Assembly (NCBI GenBank): GCA_963701025.1
Contig: OY969557.1
Location: forward strand, 1-34,848
Length of the DNA stretch: 34,848 bases
Source: an uncultured bacterium
Lineage (GTDB): Bacteria > Patescibacteriota > Minisyncoccia > Phycocordibacterales > PALSA-1337
Direction: 5' to 3'
Shown piece after piece: positions 1 through 8,031 of the stretch (position 1 is the stretch's first letter; every line of letters starts with the position of its first letter). The notes below the pieces were generated by a model. The model did not search any database. It was given only the letters and a program-made list of their open reading frames with translations, and had not been told where the DNA came from. Made by a program: the position numbers and the translations under genes.

Positions 1-42
1 GAAGACCCGAGAGCCCTTATTTCTAGCCATTTTTTTAAGTCG

Positions 43-82
43 GTTCGAATCCCTTAAACCCGAACCTGTGAGGGATTCGAAC
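43..82. repeat. 12-bp perfect inverted repeat GTTCGAATCCCT/AGGGATTCGAAC (REP-like palindrome)
   Basis: Arms at 43-54 and 71-82; same arms at 29580-29621; lone right arm at 4014-4024. Confidence 0.8.
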
Positions 83-187
83 TTTCATACGATAAATCAT
101 TTTTTTCTTTACTTTCTTCCGCTTTTGGAGTATGGTTTCGCCAGTAGTTGAACATTGAAATAAACCAACAAACAAAAGGATTTTCCT

Positions 188-1105
188 ATGATTACTTTAT
201 CAAATGGCCATAAGTTTGAATATATGGTCGCAAGCGGCGCTCTTGCTTTTGACGGCAAAGGTTGGCCTTGGGAAAGGCCACTTGTCAAACTTGGACTTAT
301 CAAACCTGAACTCTTCACTGTTGTCATAAAATCTCTGACACGCAATCCGCGTGCCGGAAACCTTCGATGGTGGAAGCCGTGGACATGCATTCGTCTAATC
401 CGGGGCGGTTCGGTCAACAAAGTCGGTCTGACCAACCCTGGCATCGAGTGGTGGTGCAAAGAAGTCGGTCCGAGACTCGACTTAAAGAAATTCTCGATCG
501 CTGGATCAATATTCGGTGAAGGCAGAGATCTTGAAGAATCGGCTGTCATGTTGAATCGCTTCGATCTTGTTGCACTCGAAGTAAACAGCTCGTGTCCAAA
601 CACAGGGCACGCAATGCAACAGGTCGAAGCTATCGTGAGAGATGTGCAGCTCGTCAAAAGAGTTTCTCGTCATCCGATTATCACCAAAGTTTCTGTGGAT
701 CAGGACTATCTCACTATCGCCCGGGAACTTGTCGGGACTGCGGAAGCGGTCTCTCTCAATAGTGTGCCATGGAAGACGGTCTTCAATAGTGGCGAGCAAA
801 CGCCTTTGTGGAGACTCGAAAAGCAAATCGGTGCTGGAGGCGGCGGTGTTTCTGGCAAGCCGGCGCAGGAACATAATTGGTTGGCGGTGAGAAGACTTGC
901 CGCCGATGATCATCTTCCTGTAATTGCACCGAGCGTTATGGAATATGATGATATGAATTGGGTGAGAACAAGGCTTGGAGCGAAAGCCGTGAGCTTTGGT
1001 GCGATTCATCTGCCTACAAAAGGGAAACCATGGACCCTTTTTACAAATCCATGCAGACCAACCTTATTCGTAAAACGCGAAATGAAGGAGAAAGGAAAAT
1101 TATGA
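188..1105 (+). CDS. pyrD: Dihydroorotate dehydrogenase, class 1-like
   Basis: NKVGLTNPG FMN motif, EVNSSCPN catalytic Cys loop, GGGGVSGK; first gene of the pyr cluster. Confidence 0.85.
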   Translation: MITLSNGHKFEYMVASGALAFDGKGWPWERPLVKLGLIKPELFTVVIKSLTRNPRAGNLRWWKPWTCIRLIRGGSVNKVGLTNPGIEWWCKEVGPRLDLKKFSIAGSIFGEGRDLEESAVMLNRFDLVALEVNSSCPNTGHAMQQVEAIVRDVQLVKRVSRHPIITKVSVDQDYLTIARELVGTAEAVSLNSVPWKTVFNSGEQTPLWRLEKQIGAGGGGVSGKPAQEHNWLAVRRLAADDHLPVIAPSVMEYDDMNWVRTRLGAKAVSFGAIHLPTKGKPWTLFTNPCRPTLFVKREMKEKGKL

Positions 1106-2259
1106 TGTCACATGCTGAAGCGATAGAAAGTGTCACTGGGGAAAAACAAGTGATCTTCATTCCCAGATGGTTCGATCGGCACCTTCACATACGTGACGGT
1201 GAGATGATGAAGACGGTCCTGCCGTGCACGCTTAATCAGCGTGCTACAGGGGCGATCATCATGCCAAACCTTATCAGGCCTGGAGGTATTCCAGATCCAG
1301 TGGATTCGATCGAGAAGGCATTAGCCTACAAGAAGAGGATCATTCAAGCGATGACTGATCTTCGCTTTGATATAAATGCATCTGAAGCCAAACAGTGGCA
1401 TTGGGTAAATGATCACTCCGACTTCAAACTTTGCATGACTTGCTACCTTACGGATTCGATCACTCCGGAAGAAGTCGTGCGTGGTTTTGAAGAAGGTGCA
1501 TGGTGTGCGGTCAAGCTCTACATGGCCAATCAAAAAGGCCAAGGTGGAACGACTGGGTCGCACGCAGGCGTCAGAAATCTCCTTGGTCGTTATTCGGTGT
1601 TCGAAGCTATGGAGAAACATAAAATTCCATTACTGGGGCACTTCGAAGCCGTTGAGGAAGATGTGGACGAATTCGATCGCGAGATTGTCTCCATTGAACG
1701 CGACATGCTACCGATCGCCAAGAAATTCCGTGGAATGCCGATAGTTGTCGAGCATTTGACGGACGGTCGCGTTGCGGAAATTGTAGCCGAAAGCGACATG
1801 AACCTGCGGGCAACAGTGACAGCGCATCATCTCATGATCAATCGCAATGCAATGTTCTGGAATGGTATGAATCCCGTCCACTACTGCAAGCCTGTGCCGA
1901 AGCGCGAAACGCATCGGCTCAAGGTTCGCGAGTATGTGACATCCGGCGATCGTCGCTTTGGCGCCGGAACAGATTCGGCTCCGCACGATGAATCGGCCAA
2001 GTCGCGCTGTTGCGGTTGTGCGGCCGGAATATTCACCGCACCGGCGGCCGTTGAGATGTATACGACGGTATTTGACGAGGACAATGCGTTGGAACATCTT
2101 GGCCCATTTCTTTCTGAAAACTTCCTCGACCGATATGGCATGGAAGTGAGCAAGGAAATGATGACGATCAAGCGCATTCTGATGCAGATTCCGCAGAAAA
2201 TCGGCAACGTGCAGGTCTTCAAAGGAGGCACGGAACTCCAATGGAAGCTTGTTTGTTGA
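1102..2259 (+). CDS. pyrC: Dihydroorotase (E. coli-like homodimeric type)
   Basis: DRHLHIRDG (HxH), KLY carbamylated Lys, CKP, GTDSAPH; start placed at the ATGA overlap with the pyrD stop. Confidence 0.92.
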   Translation: MMSHAEAIESVTGEKQVIFIPRWFDRHLHIRDGEMMKTVLPCTLNQRATGAIIMPNLIRPGGIPDPVDSIEKALAYKKRIIQAMTDLRFDINASEAKQWHWVNDHSDFKLCMTCYLTDSITPEEVVRGFEEGAWCAVKLYMANQKGQGGTTGSHAGVRNLLGRYSVFEAMEKHKIPLLGHFEAVEEDVDEFDREIVSIERDMLPIAKKFRGMPIVVEHLTDGRVAEIVAESDMNLRATVTAHHLMINRNAMFWNGMNPVHYCKPVPKRETHRLKVREYVTSGDRRFGAGTDSAPHDESAKSRCCGCAAGIFTAPAAVEMYTTVFDEDNALEHLGPFLSENFLDRYGMEVSKEMMTIKRILMQIPQKIGNVQVFKGGTELQWKLVC

Positions 2260-2276
2260 AATTGAAAATATCACTC

Positions 2277-2312
2277 GGCCCTGGCACTTCATTGTTGTCA
2301 GGGCTGATTTTT
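2277..2312 (+). terminator. Probable intrinsic terminator after pyrC
   Basis: GGCCCTGGCA/TGTCAGGGCT stem followed by ATTTTT. Confidence 0.55.
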
Positions 2313-2429
2313 ATCTGAAGCTTTACTTTCAGACTATTTTAAAGTAGTGTTCCGCTAGAAGTCAGGAGGTTCTGACAAGCCAAACACGCAGCTTTATAGC
2401 GTTATAAACGAACATTGAAAGGAATAAAT

Positions 2430-3161
2430 ATGAAGCCAATCATTCCATTGCCAGGAGAAAATCTTTTGGAACTTGGAAAACGTTGCAATGCAGTTTATGT
2501 CTGTCCGAAAGTCGGCTCCGAGCGCAGGGGACCTTTGGTCGCCTACGCAGGGAAAGACAGCAAGGGACGGAATCTTGTCGGAGACATCTACTTCAACTTC
2601 CGGCGGATTGAGGAACACCAGGAGGTAGTCTCGGTATTTGCATGGGCAGCATTACAGAAGCTTCAGGATAAAACATTGATCGATTCGTTCGACACTATCT
2701 GCGGGATTCCGCAAGGCGGGCGGACGTTCGGCCAAGCGCTCGCACGCATCGCCCAAAAACGATTCGTGTATGCGGACAAGAAGCCGAAGCCTGCAGATTA
2801 CGCAAAATTGGGTCAGAAACAGGAATACATCTGGGATCTCTCGCAGTTTGAATTCGAAAAGGGTGAACGTGTCGCCATCGCAGAAGACGTTTACAACAAC
2901 TTCCAAAATACCGACAACACCCTGGCGGAAATCGCCGTCACCGGAGCCGAGATCGTGCTTCTCATTGGAGCACTCAATCGCTCTCCGGTTTACGACACGA
3001 CCTACAAAGGTCTGCCGGTGATCGCTTCCATCCGTGAAGCATATCCTGAATACAATCAAGACGATCCTGCGGTCGCGGCGGACATTGCCGCCGGCAAGCT
3101 CGAACTCGAAGTGAAGAAAAACTGGGCAAAACTCGTTGCGGCAATGAATGCTGTAGTGTAG
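2430..3161 (+). CDS. pyrE: Type I phosphoribosyltransferase, probable orotate PRTase
   Basis: GIPQGG, VAIAEDV PRPP-loop start, PRT fold layout; lies between pyrC and pyrF. The loop continues atypically (EDVYNNFQNT). Start at ATG 2430. Confidence 0.75.
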   Translation: MKPIIPLPGENLLELGKRCNAVYVCPKVGSERRGPLVAYAGKDSKGRNLVGDIYFNFRRIEEHQEVVSVFAWAALQKLQDKTLIDSFDTICGIPQGGRTFGQALARIAQKRFVYADKKPKPADYAKLGQKQEYIWDLSQFEFEKGERVAIAEDVYNNFQNTDNTLAEIAVTGAEIVLLIGALNRSPVYDTTYKGLPVIASIREAYPEYNQDDPAVAADIAAGKLELEVKKNWAKLVAAMNAVV

Positions 3162-3190
3162 ATTTCCCTCAACAACAAAAGGAAAAGTGT

Positions 3191-3934
3191 ATGCAAAAAA
3201 CATTGACACCGGCGGAACGTTTGATCGTTGCCGCTGACTTCAAGCCTGACCCTAAACAAGGTCAAGGCCGAGACTGGACGATTATGAAAGTGATTCGTCT
3301 TGCACAAAGCCTCAAAGGAACGGGAGTTTGTCTCAAGGTGAATTCTGCCTTGCGGGCTTGTGGTTACACTCTGATAAAACAGATCCACGAGGAAGGTCTC
3401 AAGGTTTTCGCAGATCTCAAACTCTTTGACATCGGCGAGACATTATCCACTGACGGCATCCTGTTGAAGGAAGCGAAGCCTGAACTACTCACTACTGTCT
3501 GTGTTGCAGGAGTTACCGCCATGCAGGCTTTGAAGGCTGAACTGCCGGACACGGAAGTGCTCGGCGTGACGGTTCTGACGAGTCTCAAAGATGCTGACAC
3601 GCAAGCGATGTTCACCTGTTCGACCGAAGAAGCCGTCATGCGGTTCGCCCAAGTTGCGGCAGATGCCAAGATCGACGGGCTCATCTCGTCTCCGAAAGAA
3701 GCAGAAGTGCTTCGCGCGAAATTCGGCATCGTCTTGTCGCTTAATACCCCGGCTATCCGGCCGACATGGGCGATCGTTCCTGGTGATGATCAAAATCCCG
3801 AACGGATCATGACCCCTGCAAAGGCCATCAAGGCCGGCGCAGATCGTATCGTAGTCGGTCGGCCGATCGTGAAAGCCGAAAAGCCCTACGACGCGGTCAT
3901 GCGAACAATCGAGGAGATTGCGTCTGTCACATAA
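3191..3934 (+). CDS. pyrF: Orotidine-5'-phosphate decarboxylase
   Basis: LIVAADF, DLKLFDIGET (DxKxxDIxxT), VTVLTS, PAIRP, VVGRPI. Confidence 0.95.
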   Translation: MQKTLTPAERLIVAADFKPDPKQGQGRDWTIMKVIRLAQSLKGTGVCLKVNSALRACGYTLIKQIHEEGLKVFADLKLFDIGETLSTDGILLKEAKPELLTTVCVAGVTAMQALKAELPDTEVLGVTVLTSLKDADTQAMFTCSTEEAVMRFAQVAADAKIDGLISSPKEAEVLRAKFGIVLSLNTPAIRPTWAIVPGDDQNPERIMTPAKAIKAGADRIVVGRPIVKAEKPYDAVMRTIEEIASVT

Positions 3935-3960
3935 CCCGATAATCGTTTGCGTTAATTCAA

Positions 3961-3989
3961 GTCGCCGAGATCTGTATCGGCGATTTTTT
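3961..3989 (+). terminator. Intrinsic terminator after pyrF
   Basis: GTCGCCGA/TCGGCGAT stem plus T-tract. Confidence 0.75.
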
Positions 3990-4085
3990 ATGTCTGGCAA
4001 AAATAAACCACTCGGGATTCGAACTAATTTATGAAAATTAAGAATCACTATATTTTAAGCCATGACTGAGGGGCGACCCGAGTGG

Positions 4086-4148
4086 GTTCGAACATCTTAT
4101 CCCCCGCAGTCAGTATTTAGTATCGGATGACCCTGAGGCCTCGATAAA
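4086..4148 (-). other. att-like junction homologous to the right end of the LSR2 element
   Basis: CCGCA(4104-4108)-N12-TATCGGA-N7-GAGGCCTYGATAAA has identical spacing to 29517-29560; GTTCGAAC on the other side in both. Confidence 0.55.
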
Positions 4149-4156
4149 CGGATATC

Positions 4157-4196
4157 GTCAAAACCCCGCCAAGGTTGATCCTTTGCGGGGTTTTGA
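4157..4196. terminator. Bidirectional terminator-like hairpin at the end of the minus-strand operon
   Basis: TCAAAACCCCGC ... GCGGGGTTTTGA inverted repeat right after the stop at 4198. Confidence 0.7.
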
Positions 4197-4197
4197 T

Positions 4198-4938
4198 TTA
4201 CTTGTGGCTCAAAAGACTTTTCTCCTGAATTTCTTTTATGCCCTTGGGTAACAAGTGGTAAAAACCATCTTTAAGAGCGATCAGCTTTTCTGCAACCATT
4301 GAAGCGACCGTCCTATTGAATCGGCTTTTGTTATCATCCTTTGTCTTGGAGAAAAGAAAATTGAGGTCACGCTTGTCTGCCGATGATAACACCAATATCT
4401 CTTGTCTCACGGTGAGATCGTCTCTTGCGATGAATTCCTCACCTTCAATATCAAATATGACTGGATAGCTAGGAATAGCGATCTTGTCTATCATCCTTTG
4501 AGCCTCATCCATCGAGTAATTTCCGTAGACACGGATGAACTCGGCGAATATCCAATTTGCACAAGAGAGCACGAAGCTGGCATCGATTTTATTTGCACTG
4601 AAGCCACCGAGATGCGCGACGTCGCGATTATTTCTGAAATCAAGAAGTAGTTTTGTTAGGGATGTTGCCTTCTGACGAATATGCTCGTCTATATTCGTAT
4701 CGTTCGTGACTTTATTGATGATCATGGTTTTATCCGTTGCTTTTATATCTTCACCAAAGAGTGTGATCGGCATACTCAGTAAATGTTGGAAGATGCGCAG
4801 TACGGCTTCCGCGAATCTGCCACCATTCAATTGAGCGGGTCCACAATCGTTCAATTGGAATCGACGCTTTATCTCGGTGTACTCCTCAAGAAGCTTATCC
4901 TCGAGGTTATCAGGAATGGTCTTAAGAATTTTTGTCAT
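4198..4938 (-). CDS. Putative HEPN-domain RNase with C-terminal wHTH-like region
   Basis: GRFAEAVLR upstream helix and RNNRDVAH (Rx4-6H) motif; C-terminal helix-helix-wing pattern; overlaps the upstream gene. Confidence 0.55.
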   Translation of the reverse strand: MTKILKTIPDNLEDKLLEEYTEIKRRFQLNDCGPAQLNGGRFAEAVLRIFQHLLSMPITLFGEDIKATDKTMIINKVTNDTNIDEHIRQKATSLTKLLLDFRNNRDVAHLGGFSANKIDASFVLSCANWIFAEFIRVYGNYSMDEAQRMIDKIAIPSYPVIFDIEGEEFIARDDLTVRQEILVLSSADKRDLNFLFSKTKDDNKSRFNRTVASMVAEKLIALKDGFYHLLPKGIKEIQEKSLLSHK

Positions 4939-5332
4939 CTTTTTTGAAGATGTCCTTCCAGTGCTTACCTAGGACATAAGATGCCCGAGTTTCCTTGGAT
5001 GAATCGACCCAACCGTTTTCCTTCGCACGAGTTGAAAACGTGGAAGCGTAAGGGACGCCGATCATCCCAAAACAGCTTTTCCAAACGGACTTAATTTTAA
5101 GTAAATCCACCGATACACCATCCTTTCCTCCCGACAAATAGCCGGTAATAAGAGTGAAGAATTCTTGGCCATTAAATCCTGCGGAGTACCTTTTAATAAA
5201 GGCTCTCTCGTTAAGAGAAAGATCGAGCGCCGATGTGCTTACGGTAGACACTTCATCGATTGCACCTACGCCAAATACAGCCTTTTCAAGCTTCTCCAAC
5301 CTCTCTTTCATTTCTGTGATTTCTTTTTCCAT
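4922..5332 (-). CDS. Hypothetical protein, N-terminal coiled coil + possible wHTH
   Basis: Overlapping operon ORF; EITEMKERLEKLE coil; STRAKENGWV...YVL resembles a recognition helix plus wing. Confidence 0.6.
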   Translation of the reverse strand: MEKEITEMKERLEKLEKAVFGVGAIDEVSTVSTSALDLSLNERAFIKRYSAGFNGQEFFTLITGYLSGGKDGVSVDLLKIKSVWKSCFGMIGVPYASTFSTRAKENGWVDSSKETRASYVLGKHWKDIFKKDDKNS

Positions 5333-5336
5333 ATAT

Positions 5337-5675
5337 TTATGTTCTTATGATATATTGCCACTGATCATTCTCTTTGATTCGGCGGAGTATCTTTCGGGGA
5401 GGCTTCACAAGATTCAGCAAATTCATAGATACCAGCTCTCTACTGTAGGGTTGGCCCTCTTCTTTTAATTTGTCTACGACTTGAGAAATTGCTTTCTGCG
5501 TTTTAAAGAAATCTTCGTCAATCAGCCCTTGTATCGCACCGATACAGCCGATCGCTTTCTTCGGGGTATTCTTGGCGGCATTTTTTTGAGTAGGGGAGGC
5601 ATTCGCTGGCGCGCCTTCAAGTTCGTTCAGCAATGCTCTTATCTGAGCGACTATTTCGTTAGTTGTCTTTTTCAT
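5337..5675 (-). CDS. Small wHTH-like protein with N-terminal helix and linker
   Basis: LIDEDFFKTQKAISQVVDKL...LVSMNLLNLVK...LRRIKENDQWQY winged-helix pattern. Confidence 0.65.
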   Translation of the reverse strand: MKKTTNEIVAQIRALLNELEGAPANASPTQKNAAKNTPKKAIGCIGAIQGLIDEDFFKTQKAISQVVDKLKEEGQPYSRELVSMNLLNLVKPPRKILRRIKENDQWQYIIRT

Positions 5676-6075
5676 AGTTGTTGAGGATATTCTTGGTCTT
5701 GATTTTTGAGACCTGATAGCTGGTAATGTAATAACCGTCTTCGTCTGATGTTACAAGATTGTTTCCTTTGGCTTCCTTTAGAAGTTTGAGCGTTGGATTC
5801 ACGCTTCCCTTAGGGATACCAGTCTCTTTGATGATGTCCGTGGATCTTACCCGATCGGTCTCAAGCTCACCCAGAAGGAAGAGTACCTTTTTTGCAAGAA
5901 GGAAAAGAACAATCTTGTTTTTGAGAGAATGCTTAAGGGCCGGATCGAGAAAGATTATGTTCTTACTCTTCTGATTGATTTTAATAAATGGAGACAAGAG
6001 CCCGTAGAGCTCTTTGGCGTTCACGTCGTTATCGTCCGTAAACAACTGCTTTAGCACATCGTGTTTATCTGTCAT
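5659..6075 (-). CDS. wHTH DNA-binding protein
   Basis: STDIIKETGIPKGSVNPTLKLL...LVTSDEDGYYI helix-turn-helix-wing; start moved to ATG 6075. Confidence 0.7.
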   Translation of the reverse strand: MTDKHDVLKQLFTDDNDVNAKELYGLLSPFIKINQKSKNIIFLDPALKHSLKNKIVLFLLAKKVLFLLGELETDRVRSTDIIKETGIPKGSVNPTLKLLKEAKGNNLVTSDEDGYYITSYQVSKIKTKNILNNYEKDN

Positions 6076-6138
6076 GTAGATTTGGTTAAAATTTATAATT
6101 CTCAATCGCTCGCTACAGCGGGAGGTTGATTTAGGGAT

Positions 6139-6166
6139 ATTGTAGCACTCAAAAGATTATATGCAA
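6139..6166 (-). promoter_or_regulatory. Sigma70-type promoter of the wHTH/HEPN operon
   Basis: Minus strand TTGCAT-N16-TACAAT with TG upstream of the -10 box. Confidence 0.55.
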
Positions 6167-6553
6167 GTGTTTATAGTAAATGAAAAATGGTTTTTCAAAA
6201 ATAATCGCTCTAAAACATAGTTATAAGAAGATAATTACATACACATGTTCCTTTATAAAAAGTAATCGCTTTGTTGTATTTAACTAGAAACGCCCAATAA
6301 TAAGGCTATTATTGTTTACATAGAGGTTGTAAAGACGTTCTATCAATAAAGGAACAAATATAGTATAGTTAGAAACCTGGGTTAGAAGCATATTACGCCC
6401 TATATTATATAGGTATTTCCACCTATCAGCTCATGGCTTAATAAGTTTTGTTCTTATAGATTTGAAACCACTCTGTTTAACGCTGTGGAAATAAGCCTAT
6501 TTTACTCAAAATTTAACTGAAATTCAGTAGATTTAGGTGTTTTCCTTTGAAAA

Positions 6554-7885
6554 TTAGACTGATTCTATGGTTACAACCTTCGCCGTTACCTTGATCTTCG
6601 ACTTAAAGCATCCCATGAGCTCGCGTTTTTCTTCGTTGGTGCCCTCGCATAGAATGTATTTGGCGTAAGTCTTGAGGTCGATGTCCTTATGCGTCGATTC
6701 CTGCTTCTTGATGCCGAGCACTCCTTTATGGAATTTGTTGTGGCGTTTCAACTCCTCCTCGAATTTATGCTGTATGCCGACATCGTTTAAGTCGATCTGA
6801 TCCATGATAGAGAGGAGCTGTTCAACTAACTCTTCCTCTCGTATGTACTGGCTTTTACAATGTCGGTCTTTCGATCTGCCGCATCCGTAGTAGATGTACT
6901 TGGCCACCGTGCCATCTTTCAACTGCTTGTACTTTTCCTCGGCTGATATGCTCGATCCGCAGAGGCCGCATACCATGAGCTTGGTGAAGGCGAACTCATG
7001 GCTTTGCCGTTCAATACCGTCCCGATGCATTTGTTCTTGTACTCTATCGAATAGCTCTTTTGACACGATCGGCTCATGTTTACCCTGATACCAGTTTCCA
7101 GACTTTTTCGGATACTCGAATGTGCCGTAATAGAAGGGATTTTGGAGAGTGCGGAATATATTACCTAGGGCCATATTGTGATTACCGATCGTCTTGAAGT
7201 TAAGATCGAATTTGAGCCAGTGATATATTTTTCGACCAGACCATTTTTCATCGGCCATTTTTTCGTACATCTTTTTTACGATCGGCGCCCGATCAAGATC
7301 GATGATTTTTTGGCATTTTTTGTCTATCAACTTCTGATCCAAGTATCCGACTGGAGCCATTCCTGGAAATAGCCCCATCTCTACTCTCGTTCTCAGTCCG
7401 CGCTTTACATTGATGCCTCGGTTATCATTCTCGAGCTTGGCCTGACTTCCTAGTATCATAAGGAGGAACTTTTCGTTAGGATTATTTCTGAAGCTCTGTC
7501 CATATGTCCTTATTTCCTGAAGCTTTCCGGCATCCATAAGGTCGACGATTTTACCAAGGTCACCGGCGTTGCGGCTGATCCTATCTGGTGCCCAGGTGAG
7601 AATGCCGTTGAACTTGCCTTGCCTGATTTCATCGACGATCTCATTGAAGACCGGCCTTTGCCCAGTCTCTTTAGCAGAGTGGCTTTCACGCTTCATTGTC
7701 ACGATCTCAAGTCCCTCACGTTCAGCTAGTTGGAGCATCTCCTTGATCTGGCTGTCGATGGAGAGGACTTGGCGTTCCTCTGATTCAGTACTTTTTCTCG
7801 CGTAGAGGCAGTATTTGACGGGTATGATTTCCGGGGCCTGCCTCGCTATTTGTCCCAGATTTACCCTTGTGGTTGCTTGTTGCAT
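6554..7885 (-). CDS. Large serine recombinase LSR1 (resolvase + recombinase + Zn-ribbon)
   Basis: YCLYARKST catalytic Ser, APDRISRN, CGLCG...YYGC Zn ribbon. Confidence 0.95.
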   Translation of the reverse strand: MQQATTRVNLGQIARQAPEIIPVKYCLYARKSTESEERQVLSIDSQIKEMLQLAEREGLEIVTMKRESHSAKETGQRPVFNEIVDEIRQGKFNGILTWAPDRISRNAGDLGKIVDLMDAGKLQEIRTYGQSFRNNPNEKFLLMILGSQAKLENDNRGINVKRGLRTRVEMGLFPGMAPVGYLDQKLIDKKCQKIIDLDRAPIVKKMYEKMADEKWSGRKIYHWLKFDLNFKTIGNHNMALGNIFRTLQNPFYYGTFEYPKKSGNWYQGKHEPIVSKELFDRVQEQMHRDGIERQSHEFAFTKLMVCGLCGSSISAEEKYKQLKDGTVAKYIYYGCGRSKDRHCKSQYIREEELVEQLLSIMDQIDLNDVGIQHKFEEELKRHNKFHKGVLGIKKQESTHKDIDLKTYAKYILCEGTNEEKRELMGCFKSKIKVTAKVVTIESV

Positions 7886-7914
7886 GTTTATATACCTTTT
7901 AGCCGGTATACCTC

Positions 7915-7976
7915 AAGGAATGACGCAGACCGCCCAAGGAGTCCAGAGCGTCCCGGGTGGCTATAAGTTGGTAACT
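7915..7976. repeat. Bipartite conserved site AAGGNATGACGCA-N37-39-GTTGGTAA, copy 1
   Basis: Also at 10766-10825 and 32321-32380; copies 1 and 3 share GACCGC..AAGGA(A)GTCCAGA and lie just upstream of LSR1 and LSR3. Confidence 0.7.
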
Positions 7977-8031
7977 AATGCTTCAAAATTCCCTTGAAAA
8001 TGCTAGAATTCAATATCACTCGTGCGATTTT

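Noticed and set aside
2359-2376. PyrR-binding loop
   Set aside because: Only loosely like ARUCCNGNGAGGYU, lies downstream of the terminator, and no pyrR is in the window.
109-3729. Long antisense or alternate-frame ORFs over the pyr and other genes
   Set aside because: Shadow frames of recognisable genes, with no motifs of their own.
4060-4112. tRNA gene or remnant (GGTTCGAA resembles a T-loop; also at 43-54)
   Set aside because: No D-arm, anticodon arm or acceptor stem can be built; GTTCGAAC recurs as an att-associated palindrome.
6104-6270. AATCGCT x3 as operators upstream of the wHTH operon
   Set aside because: Short, irregularly spaced and in AT-rich DNA; chance cannot be excluded.
7967-7976. 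Classical integron attI/attC
   Set aside because: GTTGGTA does not fit GTTRRRY, no RYYYAAC...GTTRRRY hairpin was found, and there is no tyrosine integron integrase.
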